Source: Synechococcus sp.
Lineage (GTDB): Bacteria; Cyanobacteriota; Cyanobacteriia; PCC-6307; Cyanobiaceae
Assembly (NCBI GenBank): GCA_047284725.1
Contig: JBJBEO010000001.1
Location: 1,016,203-1,080,202 of the forward strand
Reading direction: 5' to 3'
Length of the DNA: 64,000 nucleotides
A program made the translations under genes and the position numbers. The notes beneath the pieces were generated by a model, which was not told the DNA's origin, searched no databases, and was given only the letters and a program-made list of their open reading frames with translations. How positions within the stretch are numbered: the first letter of the stretch is position 1; the number at the start of each line of letters is the position of its first letter. Shown here piece by piece: positions 1-9,233 of this stretch.

Positions 1-343
1 GCTTGATGAACCCTTCGTAATCGCGGTCGACGGCCATGGTCAGTCCACCCGGCAGGTGGTACTCCAGTTGGACCGGATCAGGCACCGTCTCGCAGCGCTG
101 TCCAAGATCGGCAAGGGCCCTGGTCAGCAGGTTGGTGTGCCCGCTCTCTCCGAAACCGAAGATCATGGAGGCACCCACATCAAAGGTGTATCCCTTTCTT
201 TGGAAGCTGCCTCCAGATCCTCCTGGAATCAGATAGCGCTCCAAAACCAGCGTTCTTGCCCCTTTCATGGCCAGCTGGGAGGCGGTGACCAAACCGCCGA
301 TCCCGGAGCCGATCACAATCACGTCCCAGGCGGTTTCGGTCAC
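1..343 (-). CDS. crtH: Carotenoid isomerase, N-terminal part (runs off the window edge; not in the ORF track)
   Basis: Manual translation from GTG at 343: MTETAWDVIVIGSGIGGLVTASQLAMKGARTLVLERYLIPGGSGGSFQRKGYTFDVGASMIFGFGESGHTNLLTRAL; FAD GxGxGG motif and the CrtH-type FDVGASMIFG. Confidence 0.9.
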   Translation of the reverse strand, partial: MTETAWDVIVIGSGIGGLVTASQLAMKGARTLVLERYLIPGGSGGSFQRKGYTFDVGASMIFGFGESGHTNLLTRALADLGQRCETVPDPVQLEYHLPGGLTMAVDRDYEGFIK

Positions 344-476
344 AACTGGTGTCAATCTCAACGCTGAACCCTAGGTGCTGGCAACCATGACCAGCGCGTA
401 GAACAGCACCCGATCGTTCAGAGGGATGCTGATTCCCCATGGCCCGCGTTTCTCTCACGCGATGGAGCATCGGACG

Positions 477-1451
477 TCAGGACAGCCGTGCTTCACTGGA
501 CGAAAAAGGGGGGGTGGCGGTAAGGATCACCTCGGAGCGTACGGGGCTTGTCATCAGCTCACGGCATCGTTCCTCGATGCGCAGGCGGATCACATCAATG
601 GCTGCTCCATCCATCGGCTGACTTGGGTTCAGATACACCACCACGAACGCGGTTCGGCCCACCTGCATCACAGTGAGATCCAGCAGCCAGCAGGACAGTC
701 CCGTCAAGAGATCTTCAAGGGCAGCTCGGGTGGATCGAATCGTGTCGCTTTCAGCCGATGCTCCGGAAGTTTGTCCAAGGGCTGTCAAAAAAGCCTGGAG
801 TGGTTCACGCAAAACGGCCGCACTCACCACCAGCACCAAGAGTGAATCGGTGATTGGCGTCAGCACCTGAAGGGCTGTTCCACGCAGGAGGGGGGCCCCG
901 AGCAGGGCAAGGCCCGTCAGGCCGCTGATCAGACCATCCACCTTTGCCGCCCTGGCTTCTGTGAGCAGAAGTTGTGACTGCGCCCCCGTTCGTCGCCAGT
1001 CGCGGTAATGACACCAGGCCAGCCCCCAGCAAATCACCACCATCGCGATCGAATACAAGGCGACGGGACCGAGGTTCACCTCTGCGATTGGTTGCCCTTT
1101 GGCGTAATCAATCACCGTCCCCAGACCGGCGGCGGCAGCAAAGGTGAGCACTCCGATCAGGACCAGGGAGCGGAACAGCACATAAAGCGCTTCCTGGCCG
1201 TCGTAGCCGTAGGGATAGGCGCGATCAGGTGGCCTTACCACGTTGCGGCTAATCCTTGCGGCGACCAAGCCCGATCCAACCATCACGGCGGAGTAGAGCC
1301 CATCGAGGAGCAGGGCATAAGACCCTGACAGCACGTGAACCGAGAGACCGGCCATCGCCATCACGGCACTGGCTCCAACACCGATGCGCAGCGATCGCTG
1401 TTCAATCAGTCGATGGCGCCGCGCCTGAGAGGGCTCCTGCTCCGTTGCCAT
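477..1451 (-). CDS. Cation diffusion facilitator (CDF) family transporter
   Basis: About 6 TM helices; SYALLLDGLYS, PPDRAYPYGY and AAKVDGLIS are CDF-type motifs. Confidence 0.8.
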   Translation of the reverse strand: MATEQEPSQARRHRLIEQRSLRIGVGASAVMAMAGLSVHVLSGSYALLLDGLYSAVMVGSGLVAARISRNVVRPPDRAYPYGYDGQEALYVLFRSLVLIGVLTFAAAAGLGTVIDYAKGQPIAEVNLGPVALYSIAMVVICWGLAWCHYRDWRRTGAQSQLLLTEARAAKVDGLISGLTGLALLGAPLLRGTALQVLTPITDSLLVLVVSAAVLREPLQAFLTALGQTSGASAESDTIRSTRAALEDLLTGLSCWLLDLTVMQVGRTAFVVVYLNPSQPMDGAAIDVIRLRIEERCRELMTSPVRSEVILTATPPFSSSEARLS

Positions 1452-1488
1452 GTGCTGACGCCGTCTATGTCTCTGGTAGCAAGACGCC

Positions 1489-2883
1489 TCAGGCGGCGGC
1501 TTCGGTGGCTACTGGGTTGATCACGGTCACGCCCTGCTGCAGTGCATGTCTGCAGAGGTCGGACAAGGCGCGGTCGCGATAGGCCCCATAGCGGCGACGT
1601 TTGTCGCGGATGCGCTCGGGCAGGGCTGGCAGGAGGCCGAAGTTTGGGGGCATGGGTTGAAACTTGCTCGAAGGTGCTTCACTGATGAAGTGGGTCAGGG
1701 CCCCCACCATGCAGGTGGGAGGAAGCTCGATGGGCTCCAGCCCCTTCGCGAGACGTGCCGCATTGGTTCCGGCCAGCCAGCCTCCAGCCACGGCGGCGGC
1801 ATACCCTTCCGTGCCAGTGATCTGTCCTGCAGCCAGCAACCGCTCGCGGCTGCGGAACTGAAGTGTGGGTTGCAGCAGCTCTGGTGCCTCGAGGAACGTA
1901 TTGCGGTGCATCACACCGAAGCGCACGAAGTCAGCCTGTTCAAGTCCAGGAATCATGCGAAGCACACGCTTCTGTTCTCCCCATTTCAGGTTGGTCTGGA
2001 ACCCCACCAGATTCCAGAGCCGTCCGTCCTTGTCTTCCTGGCGGAGTTGCACCACGGCGTAAGCCCGTTTGGCCCGACGCACCTCTCTGTCGTTGACGTC
2101 GCCCCAGCGGGGATCCCAGAGTCCGATCGGCTTCAGCGGGCCGTAGCGCATGGTGTCCTCGCCGCGTCGGGCGAGCTCCTCGATGGGCAGACAACCCTCA
2201 AAGAATGTGGCGGTGTCTTTCTCGAACTCCTTGAGTTCGGCTTGTTCAGCACCAAGCAGAGCTTCGCGGAACTGGATGTACTCCGCCTGGTCCATCGGGC
2301 AATTGATGTAGTCAGCATCGCCCTTGTCGTAGCGGCTGGCCCGAAAAGCCTTGCCCATGTCGATGCTTTCACCCTCCACGATCGGGCTGGCAGCGTCGAA
2401 AAAGTGGCAGTCGTCGCGGCCGGTGAAGTGGCGGAGATCGTTGGCGAGGGAATCGCTGGTTAGAGGGCCCGTGGCGAGCACGGTGATTTGATCGGAATTG
2501 GGGAGCTGAAGCTGTTCACGACGTTCGATCGTGACGAGAGGGTGTTGCCCCAGGGCCTCCGTGAGGGCTGCGCTGTAGCGACCTCGATCGACGGCAAGTG
2601 CTCCCCCTGCGGGAACGGCATGGTGATCTGCCGTGCCAATCACCAGGGACCCCAATCGTCTCAGTTCTTCCTGCAGCAACCCCGCTGCGCGATCACTACT
2701 GAGGGATCCAAAACTATTACTGCAAACTAGTTCTGCGAATTCGCTGCTGTGATGCGCCGGAGATCGCTTGACCGGCCGCATCTCGATCAGTGTCACAGGA
2801 ACACCAGCAGCAGCAGCCTGCCAAGCCGCTTCGGTGCCGGCCAGGCCTGCACCGATCACAACAATGTTGTTTTCTGCTGTCAA
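1489..2883 (-). CDS. trmFO: FAD/folate-dependent tRNA (uracil-5)-methyltransferase TrmFO (Gid)
   Basis: [53 protein letters not shown]. Confidence 0.97.
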   Translation of the reverse strand: MTAENNIVVIGAGLAGTEAAWQAAAAGVPVTLIEMRPVKRSPAHHSSEFAELVCSNSFGSLSSDRAAGLLQEELRRLGSLVIGTADHHAVPAGGALAVDRGRYSAALTEALGQHPLVTIERREQLQLPNSDQITVLATGPLTSDSLANDLRHFTGRDDCHFFDAASPIVEGESIDMGKAFRASRYDKGDADYINCPMDQAEYIQFREALLGAEQAELKEFEKDTATFFEGCLPIEELARRGEDTMRYGPLKPIGLWDPRWGDVNDREVRRAKRAYAVVQLRQEDKDGRLWNLVGFQTNLKWGEQKRVLRMIPGLEQADFVRFGVMHRNTFLEAPELLQPTLQFRSRERLLAAGQITGTEGYAAAVAGGWLAGTNAARLAKGLEPIELPPTCMVGALTHFISEAPSSKFQPMPPNFGLLPALPERIRDKRRRYGAYRDRALSDLCRHALQQGVTVINPVATEAAA

Positions 2884-2928
2884 AGGGGTTGAGACATGCG
2901 CTGACTCTGAACCTTACGGAGCAGAGCT

Positions 2929-3051
2929 TCAGGCTCGACTGCGCTTGATCATCAGCTGGAGCTGGCCGACCGCGGCTCGACCGATGTTGAAGCCAGCCCA
3001 GCCCAGTGCCAGAAGAATCGGAGAAGCCACGAGGACGAGCCGGAGGTCCAT
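2929..3051 (-). CDS. psbY: Photosystem II protein Y
   Basis: MDLRLVLVASPILLALGWAGFNIGRAAVGQLQLMIKRSRA, 40 aa, the 3' end of ORF 2929..3354. Confidence 0.93.
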   Translation of the reverse strand: MDLRLVLVASPILLALGWAGFNIGRAAVGQLQLMIKRSRA

Positions 3052-3112
3052 GGGTCGATCAGAAAAGCCCAATGATCTTAAAGACCATGGCTTGCTCCCG
3101 GTAAGGCTTCGT

Positions 3113-3646
3113 TCAGCTCGTTTGGTTTTGCAGCATTTCGGCATGACGTGCATGCTGCATGGCCAACGTCCTGTAGTGGAGTGCGTGCTCGATCTGCTGC
3201 TGCATCGCCTCCTCGCTGAGTTCTTTCTTTGCCTGAGCAGGAATGCCTGCGACCAGGGTTCGTTCCGGAACGTCTTTGGTGACAACAGCACCAGCCGCAA
3301 CGATGGCTCCTTCGCCCACGGTGACGCCATTGAGCACCACGGCTCCGATCCCAATCAGACAGCTGTCCAGAAGCGTTGCGCCATGGACAACAGCACGATG
3401 TCCAACCGTGACGTGCTTTCCGATGGTGACGGGCTGGCCGGGGTCCCCATGCAGTACAGCCCCGTCTTGCACGTTGCTGCATTCGTCAATGCTGATGCAG
3501 GCCAGATCGGCCCGGGCGACAGCAGTCGGCCAGAGGCTGCTGCCTGGTGCCAAGCGAACATCCCCAATCACCACGGCGCTGGGTGCGACCCAAGCCGTCG
3601 GGTGGATGGTGGGCTCAGGCCAAGGAAAGGATGGCGACGAGGTCAT
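3113..3646 (-). CDS. Gamma-carbonic anhydrase / CaiE-like hexapeptide-repeat protein
   Basis: IHPTAWVAPSAVVIGDV, NVQDGAVLH, VTVGHRAVVHGA (left-handed beta-helix with Zn-binding His residues). Confidence 0.9.
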   Translation of the reverse strand: MTSSPSFPWPEPTIHPTAWVAPSAVVIGDVRLAPGSSLWPTAVARADLACISIDECSNVQDGAVLHGDPGQPVTIGKHVTVGHRAVVHGATLLDSCLIGIGAVVLNGVTVGEGAIVAAGAVVTKDVPERTLVAGIPAQAKKELSEEAMQQQIEHALHYRTLAMQHARHAEMLQNQTS

Positions 3647-3789
3647 GACAGGTGCAGGCAAAACAGGCTCCGGCCGGTTCCATCCCGTCTCTCAGTGAAT
3701 GAGGCTTTGAAGAGGGAACCACCGGGTGATACGTTCTGATGGTGCCTGAAGGGCACTCCCGTTCCTGGGCAAAAGCCGGGGTTCTGGAA

Positions 3790-3861
3790 GGGTCGCTAGC
3801 TCAGCGGTAGAGCATCCGGCTTTTAACCGGCTGGTCCTGAGTTCGAATCTCAGGCGACCCA
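3790..3861 (+). tRNA. trnK: tRNA-Lys(TTT)
   Basis: GGGTCGC acceptor stem, anticodon loop CTTTTAA, GTTCGAATC T-loop, ends GCGACCCA; CCA not encoded. Confidence 0.96.
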
Positions 3862-3929
3862 TTTTTTCTTTCTTCCACCATCGCCAGGGATTTGCGTCAG
3901 GATGGTGGGTAATCCCGAGAGGTTGGCGA

Positions 3930-4331
3930 GTGGACGATGGGGGAACCCTGAAGTCGAACGTGCTGGTCGCTGTTGTGGACGACGACCCAAGGCTGAGGGA
4001 CCTCCTTGAGGATGAGCTGGTGGATCTGGGGGTTAATCCCTTGATCTGCAGCAGTGGTGTTGATCTCCTCGAGTTGCTCGATAGCACGACTGTCGACTTG
4101 ATTCTTCTGGATCTGATGATGCCGGAGATGGATGGTTTCTCCTGCTTGCAGGCGCTGCAAGAGCGCAACTATCAGGGGGATGTCGTGGTGGTCAGTGCCC
4201 ACGGGGATGCCAGTTACAGGCAGCAGGTGATCAAGGCCGGTGCCTCAGAATACGTTCGCAAACCGGATCTGTTTGATGCCTTGCCTGATCTGCTCAATCA
4301 ATTTTTAAATCAGTCATCGGTTTCTAGTTGA
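3930..4331 (+). CDS. Single-domain response regulator (CheY-like receiver)
   Basis: VAVVDDD, LILLDLMMPEMDG (phospho-Asp), VVSA, EYVRKP; no output domain. Confidence 0.9.
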   Translation: MDDGGTLKSNVLVAVVDDDPRLRDLLEDELVDLGVNPLICSSGVDLLELLDSTTVDLILLDLMMPEMDGFSCLQALQERNYQGDVVVVSAHGDASYRQQVIKAGASEYVRKPDLFDALPDLLNQFLNQSSVSS

Positions 4332-5489
4332 TGATTGAGGTGTTAGATTCTGGCATGGAAAGTGAATTAAAATGCAGGCGCCATGATTGTCAAATGAAAT
4401 ACTTTCTTGGTCCATCAAAATTTCAACCGTTCCACCCATGCCGACGATGAGCTCTTGAACAACCGTCAGGCCTAGGCCACAGCCTTCTTCTCTTGTGCTG
4501 GAGCGATGTTGCTCAAGTCGTTGAAACCGATCGAAAACGGAGTCGATTTTGTCTTGTGGTGTCTCAGTAATGCCTAGACCTTTGTCCTTGAATAATAAAT
4601 CAATGCCGCCACGAGAATTTCTGATGTCGATCGTAATCGAGACGGTTTGATCGCTGAACCGAAGGCTGTTGGACAACAGTTGATCAAGCACAATCTCTAG
4701 TGCATGACTGTCCAATCTGACACTCTTCAGCTCTGGATCGGCTTTCATGCTGATCAGTTCCTGTTGGTGCTGCGGAAGATGATCGATCCACTGACGCATG
4801 GAATCCTTGATCGATTGCTCCTGAATAGACCAAGGGAAAAGGGCCGTGTCCAAGTCTGAAAGCAACATCAGATTGTCCACGAGGGTTCTCAGGCGAAGGC
4901 TTTCGGATTGTGCTGTCTGAAGTGCATTGATGGCCAGGCTGGGGGCGGTCACCAATCGGCCCAGCCGGCGAAGACTTCCGGAGAGAATGGCCAGGGGTGT
5001 GCGGAGTTCATGGGCCAGCTGTTGTACAAACAACCGTTGCTTCTCAAAAGCCTGTTCGATGGGGTCAAGATTTCTGAAAGCAATGAGATGAAAGGGTTCT
5101 CGAGTGTTTGTGATTGCTTTCCAGCTCACGTTGTTCAGTGGTGCGTGGCGCTCAGGATTGTCGCTGACTCGTTTGACCCGTAGGCGCATATCGCCAGCGT
5201 TTTGCGTCAGGAGAAGAGATCTGGCATCCAGTGGTCTGGCTTCTCCATAGGGGGCTAACAAGATGATTCGATCTGCAAAGGATTGAGAGATCAGCGTTGC
5301 TGTCATTCCACGGCTGAAACGGTCGGCGGCTGTTTGATTGGCCCAGCGAATGGTGTAGTCACGATCGAGAATGACCATGGCATCACTAGCGCTGTCGAAT
5401 GCCACTTGAAGGAGTCCCAGTGACTGTCGCATCTGCGCCAGGAGTTCCTGCTCAGGCTCCTGCCTGTGTGGCCTGCTTTCAGCAGGCAT
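4314..5489 (-). CDS. PAS-domain sensor histidine kinase
   Basis: PAS-like FDSASDAMVILD...WANQ; H-box LAHELRTPL; LLSNSLRFS, DKGLGI, VFDRFQR, GCGLGL boxes; start chosen at MPAESR. Confidence 0.88.
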   Translation of the reverse strand: MPAESRPHRQEPEQELLAQMRQSLGLLQVAFDSASDAMVILDRDYTIRWANQTAADRFSRGMTATLISQSFADRIILLAPYGEARPLDARSLLLTQNAGDMRLRVKRVSDNPERHAPLNNVSWKAITNTREPFHLIAFRNLDPIEQAFEKQRLFVQQLAHELRTPLAILSGSLRRLGRLVTAPSLAINALQTAQSESLRLRTLVDNLMLLSDLDTALFPWSIQEQSIKDSMRQWIDHLPQHQQELISMKADPELKSVRLDSHALEIVLDQLLSNSLRFSDQTVSITIDIRNSRGGIDLLFKDKGLGITETPQDKIDSVFDRFQRLEQHRSSTREEGCGLGLTVVQELIVGMGGTVEILMDQESISFDNHGACILIHFPCQNLTPQSSTRNR

Positions 5490-5862
5490 GGGGGCCTTCG
5501 AGGGGTCGAAGTGTCGCAGCGAAGCTCCAGCTTCCCGAGGTTTCGCGTTCGGCCACGATGAAGTGTTCGCTACGGATGGATGTGCCGTCACTGCAGAGAG
5601 TGACAAGCTCAAGGGGGTGATTGACGAGCTTGGAGGTCTCCGTGAGTTTGAAACGTGAGAAGCCGCTGTGGTGCTGCTCGCGGAATGAGGAAGGCAGGAT
5701 CACACCAATTGATTGGCCGACAATTGTGGTGTCCCAGCCATAGACCGTCTGGAACCTGTCGTTGAATTCAACGACATGGCCTTCTGCATCCGCTCGAACA
5801 AAGGGCAGATCATGGAGTTTCCTTAGGGCTGCAACGGCTCCGGGAGTCCAATCATCGGCCAT
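5479..5862 (-). CDS. Stand-alone PAS domain protein
   Basis: PFVRADAEGHVVEFNDRFQTVYGW...IVGQSIGVILP; overlaps the kinase start by 11 nt. Confidence 0.8.
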   Translation of the reverse strand: MADDWTPGAVAALRKLHDLPFVRADAEGHVVEFNDRFQTVYGWDTTIVGQSIGVILPSSFREQHHSGFSRFKLTETSKLVNHPLELVTLCSDGTSIRSEHFIVAERETSGSWSFAATLRPLEGPHAC

Positions 5863-5938
5863 GAACGGGAGGCAATGGTTGTCAGATTAGAGCGCTTCGC
5901 CTGCTCCGTCTGCCAACGGCCCGCTACAATCACAACTC

Positions 5939-6012
5939 CGGGGTATAGCGCAGTTTGGTAGCGCGCCTGCTTTGGGAGCAGGATGCCGGGGGTTCAAATC
6001 CCTCTACCCCGA
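5939..6012 (+). tRNA. trnP: tRNA-Pro(TGG)
   Basis: CGGGGTA acceptor stem, CCTGC-TTTGGGA-GCAGG anticodon arm, GGTTCAAATCC T-arm. Confidence 0.96.
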
Positions 6013-6500
6013 CTCCAGTTCAAAGTCAGTCAATGACTGAGGTCGACGCCTGGTTTGCAGGTGACTCTCTTTTTGCCTCCAACCAGCGATCCCCCTGGAT
6101 GCTGCGCCGACGGCGTCGACTGGTGGCGCCTTTGTGGCTTGTGGAGTGCATGTGCCTCCGTTTTGGCTAATGGGCAGAACCGCTTGGTTCGAAGGTTGTA
6201 TCCAGCGATTGTCTGAGCGATGCCAGCAAGCAGGCGCTGTGCACGTGTATGGGGATTGTCGTGAGTACCTGGCCGCTTGCCTTTGGATCACTCGTTGGGC
6301 CTGAGATGTTCTCTGGCTTGCCGTGAAGGCTTCTGCATGGCTCGATGGCGTGGTTTTTATCCATTCCATGGCATCAGAAGGAGGGCTTATGCATCAACCA
6401 GTCAAAGTCCATCGAACTTGCAAGGGGACCAGCAAGTAGGGTGATAGAAATGCTGAATCCTTCGTGAAGGTCGATTGCCAAGGTGCCTTCAGGGGGCTGA

Positions 6501-6743
6501 GTGATGAGTGATGCCCAGTTGATCATTCAACGGCTGACAGAGATTCTCGAGGTTGATTACAGTTGGCATGAAGAGTGTCGAGAAACCTGGGAAGGCAAGG
6601 GAGACACCAGCTGGATTGTGGCTGCTTTGCGTCAGGCTGATGAAGCTGCGGTGATTCGGTCTGCTGCTCACTCTGAATCTGTTGGAGAGGCTTTGGATTT
6701 TGTCGCCATGATTTTCGGTTGGGGGCTCACGGATGGGGATTGA
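6501..6743 (+). CDS. Hypothetical small acidic protein
   Basis: 80-aa ORF with protein-like composition; no recognised motif. Confidence 0.5.
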   Translation: MMSDAQLIIQRLTEILEVDYSWHEECRETWEGKGDTSWIVAALRQADEAAVIRSAAHSESVGEALDFVAMIFGWGLTDGD

Positions 6744-6811
6744 GGGTTGCTTCTGCTGTGCAGTGGTGGCCTTGCGCTATTCCGATGTCACCAGGCTTGC
6801 GGAAGTTTGAA

Positions 6812-7210
6812 ATGTCTAACGATCGTCTTCAATGCTCTGATTGGCTTCATCAGAAAAGCGCGAACCTGCGGCACCGTCGTGCGGACGACTGTCATGGTTT
6901 TTGTTGGCTGATGGCTGCTGCTTCGGTGATGATCGTGGGCATGCCAGGTTTGGCTGGGCTGAATGCCTACACAGCGTTTGAACGGTTGGGTAATTGGCTG
7001 ATTGAACGAAAAACAACAGTTGATGGTGAGCATTCCTGCAGGGCATCGATCCCTTCAGGTGGTGCATGGTTCAACGAAAATATCCATCTGGATCGACAGG
7101 GCAAGTTGGTCATTCCTTCAGGTGTGAAGGGGGAGGCTTACCGGGATCGGATCCCTCAGGTTCGTGTCGTTTTGCAGCGATGTCGAGAAGAGAGCTATCA
7201 GCTTGAGTGA
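6812..7210 (+). CDS. Hypothetical exported protein
   Basis: Hydrophobic segment (LMAAASVMIVGMPGLAG) then YTAFERLGNWLIERK...CRASIP; start uncertain. Confidence 0.55.
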   Translation: MSNDRLQCSDWLHQKSANLRHRRADDCHGFCWLMAAASVMIVGMPGLAGLNAYTAFERLGNWLIERKTTVDGEHSCRASIPSGGAWFNENIHLDRQGKLVIPSGVKGEAYRDRIPQVRVVLQRCREESYQLE

Positions 7211-7396
7211 AGCAGTAAGGGATTGGTGGTGAGAATGCACTATTTTCAAGCCATTTGTTTAATGGTGCGTTTGGGGCTTTGTTGACAGTTGACTGCTTGT
7301 TTGTTTGAAACAGGCACTGATTGTTGACCCAAGCAATCGATCGAGTTTGTGCTTTCACTGGATCTGAGACGGTCTGGGTTTTTTGTGCCGCCCTTC

Positions 7397-7752
7397 CTAG
7401 ATGAGACTTGTTGAGCCATTTTTGTCATGAAGATATGCCTTGGAGCGTTTGATTACTGCACCGGCTTTGTCCTCCGATTGGAAGACGATTGTGATTCTGC
7501 TTTGATTGCTCTTCAGGTCAGTAGCTTCTTTTTCTCGTGAGAATTTGATTCTTGTGTAGCTCTCTGGATGTGCCAGGCCTGAGACAATGAGGTCTTCGCA
7601 TGCTTGGGCCGCTTTGGACGCCATTAGCAAGGCGTCTGTTCGTGTGGGGCTGACGCGTTGATGGTGGAGTCATGGTCGCTCCACGCCGTGAGGGTGGTGA
7701 TAAGAGCTAGGAGTGGGCATGCAATCTTGAGGAAAGTGATTTGTTCGGCCAT
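7397..7752 (-). pseudogene. Frameshifted exported/lipoprotein-like gene
   Basis: MAEQITFLKIACPLLALITTLTAWS...PC* in one frame continues as LMASKAAQACEDLIVSGLAHPESY... in another; span 356 nt, one base short of a multiple of 3. Confidence 0.45.
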
Positions 7753-7785
7753 GGTCTTGATCAATCAGTTGTCTTTTCGTGGGGC

Positions 7786-7989
7786 TCAGTCTTCCAGCCA
7801 GTCTTCTGAGTTCATGTATGCATCTTCGAGTCGTGCCAGTGCGCCGAGCGTGGTTAAAGCGCGTTGTGCTGCTTTGCTGGTTTTGTCTTCACAAAGATGT
7901 TTGATGAGTGTGTCTCGGAGCGGTTGGTTCTCCATTTGTTTCTGTTCTTTTGACCATTTCAGCTTCGACGACGTTCTGCTTCTTGGCAT
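7786..7989 (-). CDS. Hypothetical small protein
   Basis: 67-aa ORF downstream of the LuxR gene on the same strand. Confidence 0.45.
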   Translation of the reverse strand: MPRSRTSSKLKWSKEQKQMENQPLRDTLIKHLCEDKTSKAAQRALTTLGALARLEDAYMNSEDWLED

Positions 7990-8096
7990 CCCCCGTATGG
8001 GGGTATTGCTGTAGTGACTTTCTTGTGGCGGTTGATATCAAGTTCGCTTCTTGTGCCAATCGGGATTCGTGATTGGCGTCTTTGCTCTTTGAACGA

Positions 8097-8795
8097 TCAG
8101 TTCTCGTTCAGCCCAGCCTTAATGGCAATCACAGCAGCTGCCGTGCGGTCTTTGACGCCCAGTTTCCCGATGACAGCACTGACATGGCTCTTGACCGTTT
8201 CGGGTGAAACAAAAAGACGCTCGGCAATCTCTTTGTTTGTTCCTCCTGCGGCCAAGCAGGACAGAACCTCTCGTTCTTTATTGGTGAGGTCCTTGGGTAA
8301 GGGATGCTGTGGTTCGCTGGCATAGTCGGCGGCCCTGAGAACGTCCCGTGGGTAGTAGGTCGCTCCTGAGATGGTGCTGCGGAGGGCACCCATGAAATCG
8401 CCGTCCCCTCTGCCACCAAGGGATGATACAAACATCACCCCATTTGCGCCTGCTTCAATGCAATCTTGAACCAGAGATTTGGTCTCAGTGCGTAGAAAGA
8501 GGAGGCATATTGTGTCGGGACAACGTTGCTTGACGTTTCGGACCAGTGAGAGCCCTGAGCCTTGTTCGAGGTCTTCGGTGGCAAACAGCAAATCGGGAGT
8601 TGTGGTTTTCATCAGCTCCAGCACTTCCTCCTCCGATGTGCAGGCGCCTAGCAGACTGCGGGCAACGGGAGGGATGAGGCAGAAGGAGCCAAGTGTGAGC
8701 TGATCAGCCATGCAGGCGATGGATTGTGTGCCGCTCAGCAACTCAAAGGCCTCGCGCATTAGCTCGCTGTCGGGATTCTGAACGGCGTATTGCAT
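8097..8795 (-). CDS. LuxR/NarL-family regulator with degenerate receiver domain
   Basis: C-terminal LTNKEREVLSCLAAGGTNKEIAERLFVSPETVKSHVSAVIGKL HTH; the receiver lacks the canonical acidic pocket. Confidence 0.9.
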   Translation of the reverse strand: MQYAVQNPDSELMREAFELLSGTQSIACMADQLTLGSFCLIPPVARSLLGACTSEEEVLELMKTTTPDLLFATEDLEQGSGLSLVRNVKQRCPDTICLLFLRTETKSLVQDCIEAGANGVMFVSSLGGRGDGDFMGALRSTISGATYYPRDVLRAADYASEPQHPLPKDLTNKEREVLSCLAAGGTNKEIAERLFVSPETVKSHVSAVIGKLGVKDRTAAAVIAIKAGLNEN

Positions 8796-8993
8796 GACGT
8801 TGAGGCTTTGTCCGAAGCCTTGTTCAACTTAGGCATGCTTCATCCTGTTTTCAGAGCGGGGCCTCCCCAGACGAGTCATGGTCCGAGAGCTGCCACTGAT
8901 GGCTTCATTTGACAGAGGCTGAGAGTGCGCCTTCTCCGATCGTGCTTCCTGGGTCACCCGCAGGCGTAGCGTTGAGCGACTGATGCCCATGCC

Positions 8994-9224
8994 ATGACCG
9001 TTGCTTCTGCGTGTCGGACGCCTGTATCTGAAGACACTTTGATTGATGCTCTGCGGGGTTGCGTGAAGGCGTCGCAGCTTTTGCAACTGAGAGATCAGTT
9101 GGCCAAGAATGATGCCAATCCCCCCCTGTTCAACTGGGTTTGCAAACTGTTGGTTGACCGCCGCATCTCCCGAGGACTTGCGTCCAGGGTGTTGCTGCAG
9201 CTGCATCACGATCAACCTCTTTGA
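8994..9224 (+). CDS. Hypothetical protein
   Basis: 76-aa ORF filling the gap between the LuxR and AAA-ferredoxin genes. Confidence 0.6.
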   Translation: MTVASACRTPVSEDTLIDALRGCVKASQLLQLRDQLAKNDANPPLFNWVCKLLVDRRISRGLASRVLLQLHHDQPL

Positions 9225-9233
9225 TGCGATTAC

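Larger units (their letters stand above)
6013..8990. other. tRNA-Pro-adjacent variable islet (small hypothetical genes, gene remnants, LuxR regulator)
   Basis: Starts at the tRNA 3' end; visibly AT-richer than flanking core genes; low coding density; no integrase seen. Confidence 0.55.

Noticed and set aside
6004..6369. ORF next to tRNA-Pro as an integrase C-terminal remnant (AARY...NRWIQ)
   Set aside because: Only a vague resemblance; no HxLR or GH...Y catalytic motifs are recognisable
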